Shown: positions 1 to 10,271 of the stretch, one piece after another | How positions within the stretch are numbered: the stretch's first letter is position 1 | Layout: each line of letters starts with the position of its first letter | Virus record (IMG/VR): IMGVR_UViG_3300043444_000140 | Span: 43,036-107,035 of that record | From: a virus | Strand: one strand, 5' to 3' | DNA: 64,000 nucleotides | Notes under the pieces: model-generated | The model's input: only the letters and a program-made list of their open reading frames with translations | Told to the model about the DNA's origin: nothing | The model's database searches: none | Position numbers and translations under genes: made by a program

Positions 1-507
1 TCCGAGACTGGGCTAGAAGAAAACGGAATAGCATTTTATATTAATGGAAAACTGGTCAAGAGTCCTACAATTACCGTTAAAGAATGGGCAATGCTTGGAA
101 TTTCTTTTGTCAAAAAACTTAGCCTAGACAGTTATTCTGGAGCCTTTAGGCTTAATGGTCCAATTATGGTTAACCACATGTCCTACTACCAGTCAAGTGG
201 ATTGCAAGAAAAGATATATACAGCATTCAGAGTTTGGGATCGTGTTAAGGAAAACATTGCGTCTGAAAGCCTGGACTGGACATTCTGGAAGGGTAGCATT
301 CTTGCTGGTCAAACATACTCCTGGAACAACGTTCTGGTGATTGGAACAAACAGTTTTTTTGGAGTCAGTCTACCTAACATATATAAGACGTATACAGGAA
401 CAAACAAGATAGTCTTTGACGACAATAGCGGAATTGCGTTAAGTAGTTACAGGTTTAGAACCTATAGAAAACTATCCCAGACTACATTTACTAAGAAGCC
501 ATCATAA
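1..507 (+). CDS. C-terminal part of a probable virion structural protein (5'-truncated by window)
   Basis: Frame +1 is open from base 1 (SETGLEENGIAFYINGKLV...) to TAA at 505-507; beta-rich, LamG-like 'FYINGKL' stretch. Confidence 0.55.
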   Translation, partial: SETGLEENGIAFYINGKLVKSPTITVKEWAMLGISFVKKLSLDSYSGAFRLNGPIMVNHMSYYQSSGLQEKIYTAFRVWDRVKENIASESLDWTFWKGSILAGQTYSWNNVLVIGTNSFFGVSLPNIYKTYTGTNKIVFDDNSGIALSSYRFRTYRKLSQTTFTKKPS

Positions 508-525
508 TATGGTATACTAGTGGTT

Positions 526-903
526 ATGAATAATGAAAAACCACGCTTTCCTGGTCAAATTGGTGACTCAAAAGTAACAGTATTAGACAAGCAGTATGAA
601 TGGGGCATCTATGTTTGGATCAAGGCAAACGGAAAGCCATTTACAGACGGACATGGTAGCGTACTAAACATCCCATCTCACAGAGGCGACGGTATTCAAA
701 TAGAAAAACTTAAGAGAGAAGCAGCATACCTAGGTCAGCCCGATGGTCGTGCCGAGTTCTATCCAGGTATGGCAAGAATTTCAGAAGAAGAGTACTCTGA
801 GCAGGTAGACAGAATGAAGAATGGTCTTATTCCAAACCTTAACGATCTAGGTGCTGTACAAGCAGCGAAAGATACTATCGCAATGTATGGAGATGAAGAG
901 TAA
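526..903 (+). CDS. hypothetical protein upstream of portal
   Basis: ORF; TGGTATACT extended -10 ends 7 nt before ATG 526 (leaderless); stop overlaps portal start (TAATG). Confidence 0.7.
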   Translation: MNNEKPRFPGQIGDSKVTVLDKQYEWGIYVWIKANGKPFTDGHGSVLNIPSHRGDGIQIEKLKREAAYLGQPDGRAEFYPGMARISEEEYSEQVDRMKNGLIPNLNDLGAVQAAKDTIAMYGDEE

Positions 904-2546
904 TGTCAGAGCACTATATCCGTGACCTTGGGCTAGACGAACTGCAAAAGCAGGATGACACCTTTAAGGCACAAGACCCATTCAATCGTTCATGGGAAGA
1001 ACTTAAGGGATTCTCTGGTATTGAGAAAAACTTTAAGCGTAGAACAGATAGAATCGAAAAGGCTAATAATGACTCTGTCGTAGAGAGCACCCTACAGTAC
1101 AACAATGTTGACGTAACCTCACTAGGCTACCAGGACAGTGCTTTGGCTGTACGTGGCGGTATCAATGGAGCATCTTCAAAGGAAATTAATCCAGGTAAGG
1201 TATACCGCAATGGATATGGTCTATTCGACGTAATTACCCCACCATGGAACCTATACGAACTATCAAACTATTACGACAGATCATTTGCTAACCACGCAGC
1301 AATTGATGCTAAGGTAGAAAACATTGTTGGTCTAGGATATGACATGCAGGCTACCCAGAGAGTCCTAATGGCTCTTGAGGCATCTGACAATCCATCTGCA
1401 ACAGACAAGGCACGTAAGCGTATAGAACGTGCAAAGGTAGAGGTCAAGGAGTGGTTCGAATCACTTAACTCTGACGAGTCAATGACATCAACCTTTATGA
1501 AGGTTTGGACAGACTATGAGTCTACTGGAAATGGATATCTAGAAATTGGTAGAACTATTACTGGAGAGATTGGCTATGTAGGTCACATCCCTGCTACAAC
1601 AATGCGTGTACGTCGCTTGCGTGACGGATACATCCAGATCATTGGAAATAAGGTTGTTTACTTCCGTAACTTTGGTGCAAAGAACGTAAACCCAATCACA
1701 AACGATCCACGACCAAACGAAATTATTCACATTAAGCAGTATTCGCCATTGAACTCTTTCTATGGAGTCCCAGACATCCTTGCTGCTATTGGGGCATTGC
1801 AGGGTGACCTGCTTGCGTCACAGTACAACATTGACTACTTCACCAACAAGGGTGTGCCTCGCTATATCGTAACTCTTAAGGGTGCAAAACTTTCAGAAGA
1901 GGCAGAGGACAAGATGTTCCGATTCCTACAGACAAGCCTAAAGGGACAGAACCACAGAACTCTATACATTCCACTTCCAGGAGACTCAGATACCAATAAG
2001 GTTGAGTTTAAGATGGAGGCAGTCGAAAGCGGTACACAAGAGGCATCGTTCAACGAATACCGTATCCGTAACCGTGACGACATTCTAGTTGCTCACCAGG
2101 TACCTCTATCAAAGATTGGTGGCGGTGACTCAGCAGCCATTGCTGCAGCACTAGCACAAGACCGCACATTCAAGGAGCAGGTAGCCAGACCAGCACAACG
2201 CAACCTTGAGAAGGTACTTAACAAGATCATCAAAGAGAAGACAGACATTGTTGAACTCAAGTTTAATGAACTGACCCTGACAGATGAAATTGCACAGTCA
2301 CAGATTATCGAGCGTTACGTTCGTAATCAGGTTATGACTAGAAACGAAGCACGTGAAGTTCTTGGTCTTCCACAGATGGAGGAGGCAGACGAGTTTCTTG
2401 AGTTGAACGCAAGACAGGCTGCAGACGCTACAGCAAACACAGCACAGACCAGACAGAGGGACGCAGAGAGAAGTTCAAACTCTTCGGACAACTCTGCAAC
2501 GGTTGCTGGTAGAAATCCGAAAGGTGAAGGACGCTCCGTTCAATAA
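903..2546 (+). CDS. phage portal protein
   Basis: 547 aa; portal-like motifs DYESTGNGYLEI, EIIHIKQYSP..YGVP, MTRNEAREVLGLP; first in head module. Confidence 0.9.
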   Translation: MSEHYIRDLGLDELQKQDDTFKAQDPFNRSWEELKGFSGIEKNFKRRTDRIEKANNDSVVESTLQYNNVDVTSLGYQDSALAVRGGINGASSKEINPGKVYRNGYGLFDVITPPWNLYELSNYYDRSFANHAAIDAKVENIVGLGYDMQATQRVLMALEASDNPSATDKARKRIERAKVEVKEWFESLNSDESMTSTFMKVWTDYESTGNGYLEIGRTITGEIGYVGHIPATTMRVRRLRDGYIQIIGNKVVYFRNFGAKNVNPITNDPRPNEIIHIKQYSPLNSFYGVPDILAAIGALQGDLLASQYNIDYFTNKGVPRYIVTLKGAKLSEEAEDKMFRFLQTSLKGQNHRTLYIPLPGDSDTNKVEFKMEAVESGTQEASFNEYRIRNRDDILVAHQVPLSKIGGGDSAAIAAALAQDRTFKEQVARPAQRNLEKVLNKIIKEKTDIVELKFNELTLTDEIAQSQIIERYVRNQVMTRNEAREVLGLPQMEEADEFLELNARQAADATANTAQTRQRDAERSSNSSDNSATVAGRNPKGEGRSVQ

Positions 2547-2598
2547 ATGTGTTATAATAAAGTAACAAAGTTTAAAAAGGGCTCTATAATTAACTAGT

Positions 2599-3930
2599 AT
2601 GACTATTTCAAAAGCACATTGGGACACTGAAGGCGAAAACGTTCGCCTATCAATGCCGTTCAGCAAGGTTGATCAGGAACGTCGCATCGTTTCTGGCTTC
2701 GCCACGCTTGACAATGTTGACAGACAAAAAGACATTGTTACAGCAGAAGCCTCTATGAAGGCTTTCTCTAAGTTCCGTGGGAACATTCGTGAAATGCACC
2801 AGCCACTAGCAGTAGGCAAGATGGTAGCGTTCAGAGAAGACAAGTATTTTGACCCTGAGACCAAGAAGTTCTATTCTGGTGTTTATGTTTCTGCATACGT
2901 CTCAAAGGGTGCACAGGACACCTGGGAGAAGGTACTTGATGGTACCCTTTCAGGTTTTTCAATTGGCGGTAGAATGAATAAGTACGAAGATGCTTATGAC
3001 GAGAAGATGGATTCTGCCATTCGTATTATTAAGGAGTATGACCTACATGAACTTTCATTGGTAGACACTCCAGCAAATCAATTTGCAAATATCCTATCTG
3101 TTCAAAAGGTGGATGGCGTAGACACCATCAAGGGTGATGTTGCTAACGTAGAAATTGAAAACGTATTCTGGGATCCAGAATCTGGAGTTGTTAAGATTTC
3201 AGAGAACGAGGTTGAGGTAAGCCCAGCCACAGGAAACCAAATGCAAAATATAGGTTTTGTCGAAAAGTCAGATAATGAAAAACTAGACATGATAAAGTTC
3301 TTAGTTGACAGTGCTAAAGGCATTAATACTAAGATGAATAAGGAGGCTAGTCCTATGAATGAAACAACAAACGAAGTAGCAGTTGAAGAAACTGTTGCAG
3401 TTGAAGAAACACAGGTCGCTCCAGAGGCAGATGCTACAGAGGAAGCAGTTGAGGCACCAGCCGAGACCGTAGACGCTGTTGAATCAGCAGTTGAGAAGGC
3501 AGCAGATGCTGACGAGGACGACGTTCCTGGTACTGAAGTTATGGAAGAATCAGAAGATTCTGACAAGGACGAGATGACCGAGAAGTCGGAGACTGTTGAA
3601 GAAGTATCTAAAGCAGATGCTGTTGCTGAATCAGTAGCAGAGATCAAGAACACTCTAACATCAGCCTTTAGCGATCTAGCATCAACCATCAAGTCTCTAC
3701 AGACTCAGGTTGATGAACTAAGCAAGTCTGTGGATTCCGTAAAAAATGAGGTAACGGATTCAAAGCAGATTTTCAATGAATTTGGAAAGAGAGTGGACGC
3801 TGTTGAGGCAGACACCGCTTTCCGCAAGTCTGGCGATCTAGGCGAGATCGTACAGGAAAATGAACCAGAACAGGTTCAGAAATCCCTATGGGACGGTCGT
3901 TTCCTCAAAACTGCCGATCTATTTAGATAA
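2599..3930 (+). CDS. prohead protease fused to acidic/coiled-coil scaffold
   Basis: N-terminal HK97-type protease motifs (VSGFAT..VDRQKDIV, REMH, GFSIGG, ELSLVDTPANQFA); acidic linker and helical C-terminus. Confidence 0.85.
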   Translation: MTISKAHWDTEGENVRLSMPFSKVDQERRIVSGFATLDNVDRQKDIVTAEASMKAFSKFRGNIREMHQPLAVGKMVAFREDKYFDPETKKFYSGVYVSAYVSKGAQDTWEKVLDGTLSGFSIGGRMNKYEDAYDEKMDSAIRIIKEYDLHELSLVDTPANQFANILSVQKVDGVDTIKGDVANVEIENVFWDPESGVVKISENEVEVSPATGNQMQNIGFVEKSDNEKLDMIKFLVDSAKGINTKMNKEASPMNETTNEVAVEETVAVEETQVAPEADATEEAVEAPAETVDAVESAVEKAADADEDDVPGTEVMEESEDSDKDEMTEKSETVEEVSKADAVAESVAEIKNTLTSAFSDLASTIKSLQTQVDELSKSVDSVKNEVTDSKQIFNEFGKRVDAVEADTAFRKSGDLGEIVQENEPEQVQKSLWDGRFLKTADLFR

Positions 3931-3961
3931 CAAAATAAAAATCACTCAGGAGGTGAACAAT

Positions 3962-5110
3962 ATGTCGGAAGAAATTATTAAAAATCAGCCAGGAACATCT
4001 GGTAACCTAGGCGGAACCGCCCCAGGTCTTTACCAGGGTCAGGGTGCATTTGCATCAGGTTCAGAAGATGGTACCAACGTTCCAGGTAACTATACAACCG
4101 CTGGTGCAATTGGAAACATTCCAACCGCACTGACAGGTGTAACAAATGGTGCAAACGCTGTCAATCCTTCGGGAGAAGCAGGTAGCGGTATCCTTCGTCC
4201 AGAACAGGCAAGACGTTTCATTGATTACGTATGGGATGCTACTGTACTCGCCAAGGATGGTCGCCGTGTGACCATGAGAGCAAACACTATGGAACTTGAA
4301 AAGGTTAACGTAGGTGAGCGTGTAATTCGTGCTGCTACTCAGGCTGTTGGTGACTACACCAACGCTGGTGCAGCATTCACAAAGGTAGAACTTACCACCA
4401 AGAAGATTCGTCTTGACTGGGAAGTTTCTGCAGAAGCACTTGAAGACGGTATTGAAGGTGGTGCTCTAGAGGATCACCTAGTACGTCTTATGACAAATGC
4501 ATTCGCAAATGACATTGAGGATCTAGCAATCAACGGTACTGGCGACAGTGGCGATGGTGCATTCCTTGGTATCATGGATGGTTTTGTCAACAAGGCAAAG
4601 ACCAATGGCGATGCTCACGAGTCAGTAGTAACTGTCTCAGGCAACGCTTGGACTCCAGATGTTATGCAGGACATTATCTTGGCTATGCCTCGTAAGTACC
4701 GTGCACTTAAGTCTAACCTTAAGTTCTACGCAGGTACTGATGCATTCCAGGGTATTATCAAGCACAACGGTACCCTTGCAGACGCAATCGCAGAAGCATT
4801 TGCTGGTACTCCAGCAGGTACTCCAGCAAACCGTCAGGCATACCTTGACGGTGCAGGTCAGACATTCGGTGGAGCACGTACTACTCGTGTTCTAGGAATT
4901 GACGTGCAGGAAGTTCCTTACTACCCTGCAGGTTACGTTGACCTAACATTCCCTCAGAACCGTATTTGGGGTTTCCAGAGAGACATCACTGTAAACCGTG
5001 AATACAAGCCGAAGAAGGACACAATTGAATACACAGTATTCGTCCGCTTTGGTGTACAGTGGGAAGAAGAGGATGCAATCGCATTCGCAGACGCTGGTGC
5101 AGATTCGTAA
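3962..5110 (+). CDS. major capsid protein (HK97 fold)
   Basis: GGAGGTG RBS before ATG 3962; GILRPEQARRFIDY, DIEDLAINGTG, VRFGVQWEEEDA; follows scaffold and precedes a terminator. Confidence 0.9.
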   Translation: MSEEIIKNQPGTSGNLGGTAPGLYQGQGAFASGSEDGTNVPGNYTTAGAIGNIPTALTGVTNGANAVNPSGEAGSGILRPEQARRFIDYVWDATVLAKDGRRVTMRANTMELEKVNVGERVIRAATQAVGDYTNAGAAFTKVELTTKKIRLDWEVSAEALEDGIEGGALEDHLVRLMTNAFANDIEDLAINGTGDSGDGAFLGIMDGFVNKAKTNGDAHESVVTVSGNAWTPDVMQDIILAMPRKYRALKSNLKFYAGTDAFQGIIKHNGTLADAIAEAFAGTPAGTPANRQAYLDGAGQTFGGARTTRVLGIDVQEVPYYPAGYVDLTFPQNRIWGFQRDITVNREYKPKKDTIEYTVFVRFGVQWEEEDAIAFADAGADS

Positions 5111-5126
5111 TCTGTAACACCCTTTA

Positions 5127-5161
5127 AGAGGGGGCAGGGCTTCGGCTCTGCCCTCTTTTTC
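5127..5161 (+). terminator. intrinsic terminator after capsid gene
   Basis: GGGCAGGGC-TTCG-GCTCTGCCC stem-loop followed by TCTTTTT. Confidence 0.85.
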
Positions 5162-5198
5162 ATTATAATCTGTTATAATTAATATTTAGGAGGTTCTT

Positions 5199-5570
5199 AT
5201 GTCAGATGAACTAATTAATGAAGAAGAGCAATTTCTAGCACTACTCGCAGAAGAGGCAGAAGAGATTGCAGCGAAGAAAGAGGCGGAAGCCACTGAAGAA
5301 GTCGCAGAAGAAAAAGAAGAGCCAGTACTTGTAGAAGAAAAGGTTTTTGACGTAGCAGAGGAAAAGCCTGCAAAGGCTGCAAAGACTGAAAAGAAGTCAG
5401 CAGAGAAGACAGTAGCCCTTTTGTCTACAAGAAACGTAAACTGGAATGGCGTTGGTTCTGTACAGGTTGGTTACAACATTGTTACTGAAGAGCAGGCAGA
5501 AAAGTGGCTTACTCGTAACCACATTACTCTTGCAACACCAGAAGACGTTGCCAAGGGGTACGGTCTATAA
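5199..5570 (+). CDS. hypothetical head-region protein (acidic N-terminus)
   Basis: AGGAGG RBS, TGTTATAAT promoter at 5171, position between capsid and neck genes. Confidence 0.7.
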   Translation: MSDELINEEEQFLALLAEEAEEIAAKKEAEATEEVAEEKEEPVLVEEKVFDVAEEKPAKAAKTEKKSAEKTVALLSTRNVNWNGVGSVQVGYNIVTEEQAEKWLTRNHITLATPEDVAKGYGL

Positions 5571-6695
5571 ATGGAGATTTTGAGAGTTCCACCATATCCA
5601 ATTACAACAACCTGGAATTTGCCAGACAACAACTATGATTACATAGTATATGTTGAGGATTTGGTGGATCACTCAATTGAAGAGACCACAGTCACATCAA
5701 GTTCTACAGGCGTAGTTACCTATGTCTTGCCAGTAGCAAAGGTACAGTTTGATAGACAGTTCCTTATCAGATTCTACGATCAAGAACATGAGCACATTAT
5801 CCTGGAGTCAAATCTTGACATCGTTAGACCATATGTAGACCCAAACACACTGGGCGTAACCGCATCTGAGATTTCAGATTACAAGAAATGGGAACTCATT
5901 GCAAGATCCCTAATTGACACTCATACAGGCATTGGTTTTTATAACCACAAATCTATCCTTCAGGTCCAGGGTAATGGACTAGACTACATGCCAGTATGGC
6001 GTGACGCAAACCGTGTGCTAAAAGTATACGAGAACAATGCTATGATCTACAATGGAGAAGACGTGGCAATCTCAATTACCGACTTTGCCACAACAGGAAC
6101 AGACACAGTCATAGAAACAGCCTCTGCTCACGGTTTCTCAGTTGGAGACTCAATCACTCTAGCAGGATTTACAGATACGGATTATAACACTACTTATTCG
6201 GTTGCCGAAGTTGTGTCTACAACTGAATTTAGAATTGCAACAACTGTAGAGCCAACACTTAACGGTGCCGAAACAGTAAAGAGAGTTTGGGCTTACACTT
6301 TCAAGGTAACACTAGACAACTCTGCTATCGTAAAAGAATTCACAGGATATACAAACATCATCACAACAAACTATCCTAGGCTTCCAATTGCTAGAGGAGA
6401 TTATGCATACGACGAAAGCAATTATGGAACATTCGTAAATGGTGCAGACTATCTGTTTGTTCTCGACGAGGGTTTCCGTGCCATTCCACCAGACGTTGAA
6501 AGAGCAGCAGCGATGCTTATTGACGATCTGAAGTGTGGTAGATTAGACTACTACCAGAAGTATGTCACTACATACAACACAGACCAGTATAGAATTCAGT
6601 TCGACAAGAAGATGCTAGAAGGAACAGGTAACCTCATAGTAGACAAGATACTTGATAAGTATATGAAGTCTATTACTAAAGTTGGGGTGCTATAA
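5571..6695 (+). CDS. head-tail connector/adaptor with inserted beta module
   Basis: ELIARSLIDTHTG...IPPDVERAAAMLIDD...TGNLIVDKIL resembles gp6/gp15-type adaptors; synteny. Confidence 0.65.
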   Translation: MEILRVPPYPITTTWNLPDNNYDYIVYVEDLVDHSIEETTVTSSSTGVVTYVLPVAKVQFDRQFLIRFYDQEHEHIILESNLDIVRPYVDPNTLGVTASEISDYKKWELIARSLIDTHTGIGFYNHKSILQVQGNGLDYMPVWRDANRVLKVYENNAMIYNGEDVAISITDFATTGTDTVIETASAHGFSVGDSITLAGFTDTDYNTTYSVAEVVSTTEFRIATTVEPTLNGAETVKRVWAYTFKVTLDNSAIVKEFTGYTNIITTNYPRLPIARGDYAYDESNYGTFVNGADYLFVLDEGFRAIPPDVERAAAMLIDDLKCGRLDYYQKYVTTYNTDQYRIQFDKKMLEGTGNLIVDKILDKYMKSITKVGVL

Positions 6696-7144
6696 TGCCT
6701 ACCTGCGAATCAACCAGTTTTACCTTTCCACTGCTTGCAGACATCTTTTACCCAATTGTTGAGCAAACTGCTTTGGGAAGCATTAAGAAGCAGTGGATTC
6801 ACGACAAAACTCTAGCCTGTAGCCTAACAACAGCAGGATCAGCACTGGCAGAGGATGTTAAGCCAAACGTAAACATTACAAAAGAACTTATCTTGCTAGG
6901 ACGAATTAGGTCAGACATTCGGGTATCAAGTTCAGACTCAAGAAACGCCATCACCAACATCCTGATAACAAACATTAGAGATGTAAATGGTAATGAGATA
7001 TATGTAGAGACATCTGGACCAAGATCTGGAAAGTCTACGCTATTTGAAATTGCAACCAATGAGCCTTTTATCAATCCTTTTGGCAGTGTCGAATACTACA
7101 AGGTAGTTCTCAGAAGATCAGAAAACCAAGGAACTGATGTCTAA
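6695..7144 (+). CDS. probable head-closure (stopper) protein
   Basis: 149 aa, beta-rich, follows adaptor; translationally coupled. Confidence 0.5.
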   Translation: MPTCESTSFTFPLLADIFYPIVEQTALGSIKKQWIHDKTLACSLTTAGSALAEDVKPNVNITKELILLGRIRSDIRVSSSDSRNAITNILITNIRDVNGNEIYVETSGPRSGKSTLFEIATNEPFINPFGSVEYYKVVLRRSENQGTDV

Positions 7145-7809
7145 TGTTAACAATGAGCCTAGACCTTAAAGCATTTAACAAGGATATGAAAAATATTCTG
7201 GCATACTCTAATGGATTTCTAGAAGGTGCAGAGAGAGCCAAGCCAGCACTACTGGGTCTGCTTGGTGCTAGAATTTCAGAAATGCTAAAAGAGTTTGTAG
7301 ACTCAAATGCCAGGGTGAACCCAGAGACACTTCACCACGTATATGAGTGGTATCAAACAGGAAGTCCAAACTCAAGACTATTTGAAATTAACTACACAGT
7401 TACAGGAGGTGGACTATCAATGTCTTCCTCATTCAGTCAATCCAGAAGCATTAAGTCTGGATCAAGGGTGCCATTCTACAACAAGGCTTTTATCATGGAG
7501 AATGGTGTTCCTGTAACAATTACACCAAAGACAAAGTTGGTTTTTGACGTTGATGGAGAGACCGTCTTTACGTCAAAGCCAGTAACTGTCAATAATCCTG
7601 GAGGACCAACAAAGGGTGAATACCAAAAGGTATTCGATTTATTCTTTGACGTATACCTAAAGCAGTCATTTTTGAATGATGCAGGCATTCTTGGAAACCT
7701 AAGACAGGCAAAAGATTTTGACGCTAAGTTTTCGTCTGCAAAACGTGGGGGCAGGGCATTAGGACTAACAACAGGGTATAATTGGATGATGAAGGCAGGT
7801 AAAGAATAA
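7144..7809 (+). CDS. probable neck/tail-completion protein
   Basis: Synteny within neck module; coupled TAATG. Confidence 0.45.
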   Translation: MLTMSLDLKAFNKDMKNILAYSNGFLEGAERAKPALLGLLGARISEMLKEFVDSNARVNPETLHHVYEWYQTGSPNSRLFEINYTVTGGGLSMSSSFSQSRSIKSGSRVPFYNKAFIMENGVPVTITPKTKLVFDVDGETVFTSKPVTVNNPGGPTKGEYQKVFDLFFDVYLKQSFLNDAGILGNLRQAKDFDAKFSSAKRGGRALGLTTGYNWMMKAGKE

Positions 7810-8351
7810 TGGCAAAGACATATCCACCAGTATTTATTAACAACTATCTTAAAGAAAAGATCAACGCATACTTTGAGTCAAATCCTTTTGACGGTATAGT
7901 GAATGAAGTAAACATTCCATTCTTCCCCACAACGCCAACAGATATAGACGCACTGACAGAAACATTCCCAACAAGCCAGGGAACCTTTGCGGTATACGAT
8001 AGAATGTTTAAGTACAGAAGAACCCCATTCCCACACATCAAGTCAGAGCAACTTTTATACTACTTTTACAAGATGCAGGGTGACTCAGAACTTATGATGG
8101 AAATATCTCAATTAGCATACGAACTTCTAGACCGTGAGGACGAGTCAGCCCAGGAGATAAATGACTGGATTCGTTCAAAGGTGGTCAATGGAGTAGTTAC
8201 CTTTTCTGGAGTAGACTTTTATCCTGTATTTTTCCATAGAATTAAGATGTACCAACTAGAAGAAACTAGGGATATTGTGGACTTCGGTACAGCCAGAACC
8301 TTTGCTGGTAACAAGATAATTATTGATTACGATTACCATCAAACTGTATAA
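7809..8351 (+). CDS. probable tail terminator protein
   Basis: 180 aa immediately upstream of major tail gene. Confidence 0.45.
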   Translation: MAKTYPPVFINNYLKEKINAYFESNPFDGIVNEVNIPFFPTTPTDIDALTETFPTSQGTFAVYDRMFKYRRTPFPHIKSEQLLYYFYKMQGDSELMMEISQLAYELLDREDESAQEINDWIRSKVVNGVVTFSGVDFYPVFFHRIKMYQLEETRDIVDFGTARTFAGNKIIIDYDYHQTV

Positions 8352-8421
8352 AAAGGCTGTTATACTTATAACTGAGGAAACATCGCCCAAAATTCCATAA
8401 AGAAATAAGAGGTGAAAAATT

Positions 8422-9123
8422 ATGGCATATACAAGAGGAACTAACACCAACATCATCGTTGGTGCAGCAGCACTATTTGTTTACAAGCCAGGTCAACTCG
8501 ATGACCCAGCGAACCAACTACCAACATACGTTGATGGTATTTCGTACAAGGACGAGTTGTCAGGCTACATTGCAGATGCATTCTGGAACGGAAGCCCAGC
8601 CCAGACATCATCGAACGCAACTAGAGCAGCAAACTTCGAGAACATCGGTTACACCAGCAATGGTCTAGAACTACAGTTCCAGCCTGACTTCGGTGAAGTA
8701 CAGGTTGACCAACTTCTTGACGTTGCAAAGTTGTACAAGCAAGGTATGCAGGTTAACCTAAATACTTCGTTCGCAGAGGCAACTCTAGAGAACTTGCTTT
8801 ACGCAACCGCAGCCAACCCAGACGACTTCGACAACGGAGTAACTAACCCAGACCTAAAGGAACTAACCCTTTCTGCAGGTGACCTAGGTGAGTGCCCAAT
8901 CGAGCGAGGTATCGTTGCAGTTGGTCCAGGTACTGGAGAATGTCAGCCTGACGAGCAGGTTGAGCGTATCTACATCGGTTACCGTGCACTCTCAATTGAG
9001 AATGTTACTGTATCGGCAAAGCGTGACGAGGCAACAATGTTTGAAGTATCATTTAGAATGCTTCCAGACAACTCTGCTTCTTACGGTAAGATCGTAGACC
9101 GTACCATCCCAGCAGTATCGTAA
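8422..9123 (+). CDS. major tail (tube) protein
   Basis: NIIVGAAALF, GYTSNGLEL, VQVDQL, FAEATLENL, ATMFEVSFRML typical of siphovirus tube proteins; GAGGTG RBS; terminator after. Confidence 0.85.
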   Translation: MAYTRGTNTNIIVGAAALFVYKPGQLDDPANQLPTYVDGISYKDELSGYIADAFWNGSPAQTSSNATRAANFENIGYTSNGLELQFQPDFGEVQVDQLLDVAKLYKQGMQVNLNTSFAEATLENLLYATAANPDDFDNGVTNPDLKELTLSAGDLGECPIERGIVAVGPGTGECQPDEQVERIYIGYRALSIENVTVSAKRDEATMFEVSFRMLPDNSASYGKIVDRTIPAVS

Positions 9124-9138
9124 ATATAACTTAATATA

Positions 9139-9177
9139 GGAAGCCGTCCAGTTTAACTACTGGGCGGTTTTCTTTTT
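9139..9177 (+). terminator. intrinsic terminator after major tail gene
   Basis: GCCGTCCAGT-loop-ACTGGGCGGT followed by T-rich tract. Confidence 0.75.
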
Positions 9178-9191
9178 GGTATACTTAGTAG

Positions 9192-9872
9192 ATGGCTACC
9201 GCAATATACAAATCTGCAATAATTGAAACCATTGATCGTGAGGAGATATACATCACTCCACTAAAAATCAAGTATCTAAGGTTGTTCATGGAAGAATTTG
9301 GCAATGTAAGAAAGTCTTCAAATAATGACGATGCCTTCACGTTTGTTTCTAAGTGTGCCCTGATCGCCATGAAACAGTACAAGCCAGAGATAAAGACAAT
9401 TGAGCAGGTAGAAGACTCTTTTGACCTAGCAACGCTCTATACAGTTCTTGATATAGCAGCAGGCATTAGCATGAAGAGCCCAGAAGACTCTGGAGAAAGT
9501 ATCCCTGAGCAGGCTAATAGCAAAGAAAACAACTCTTGGGAAACTATAGACCTTGCTAAGTTGGAGTCAGAGGTGTTCTTGCTGGGTATTTGGAAAGACT
9601 ATGAGGAACTAGAGTCATCTCTATCAATGCCAGAGTTATCGGAAACTCTCAACGCTAAACGAGAGCAGTCGTATAATGAAAAGAAGTTTATGGCATCACT
9701 CAAGGGTATTGACATTGACGGTGGTAAGCCAGAAGAGAACGCATGGGAAAAACTAAAGAACAAGGTTATGAATAAGGGTAAAGACTCTAACGACATTACT
9801 TCGCTTACTGGAGCAAGGGCTAGAAAAGCAGGCTTTGGTATCGGTATGGGCATGTCGTATGAAAAACACTAA
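9192..9872 (+). CDS. tail assembly chaperone, long form
   Basis: Between tube and tape measure; N-terminal ~95 aa paralogous to 9927..10241 (PLKI..LR.FM..F, IAMKQYKPE). Confidence 0.7.
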   Translation: MATAIYKSAIIETIDREEIYITPLKIKYLRLFMEEFGNVRKSSNNDDAFTFVSKCALIAMKQYKPEIKTIEQVEDSFDLATLYTVLDIAAGISMKSPEDSGESIPEQANSKENNSWETIDLAKLESEVFLLGIWKDYEELESSLSMPELSETLNAKREQSYNEKKFMASLKGIDIDGGKPEENAWEKLKNKVMNKGKDSNDITSLTGARARKAGFGIGMGMSYEKH

Positions 9873-9926
9873 TCTTAAATCTTTTGTTTATGTTATAATT
9901 AATAAGACCTTTAAAGGAGGAAACAC

Positions 9927-10241
9927 ATGGCAACAACCGTAAATGAAGCAAAGACAGTTACTATGCTTGACGGAACTAAAATTGAAATTAGACCACTAAA
10001 GATCTCTCTTCTTCGTCCATTCATGGACAAGTTCGAGAAGATCGCAGAGGTCGCAGACAATAACTCAAAATCAATGGACCTTCTTCTAGAATGTGTGGCT
10101 ATTGCTATGAAGCAGTACAAGCCAGAACTAGCAGAGAAGCCAGCAGACTTGGAAGATCTTCTTGACCTTCCAACAGTCTATGAAATTGTGGAGGAAGCAT
10201 CTGGACTTAAGATTGCCCAGACTGCTGCTACACTACTGTAG
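9927..10241 (+). CDS. tail assembly chaperone, short form
   Basis: AGGAGG RBS, own TGTTATAAT; directly precedes tape measure. Confidence 0.7.
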   Translation: MATTVNEAKTVTMLDGTKIEIRPLKISLLRPFMDKFEKIAEVADNNSKSMDLLLECVAIAMKQYKPELAEKPADLEDLLDLPTVYEIVEEASGLKIAQTAATLL

Positions 10242-10271
10242 CAAAAAATAAAATAAAAGAGGTGTTTATGG

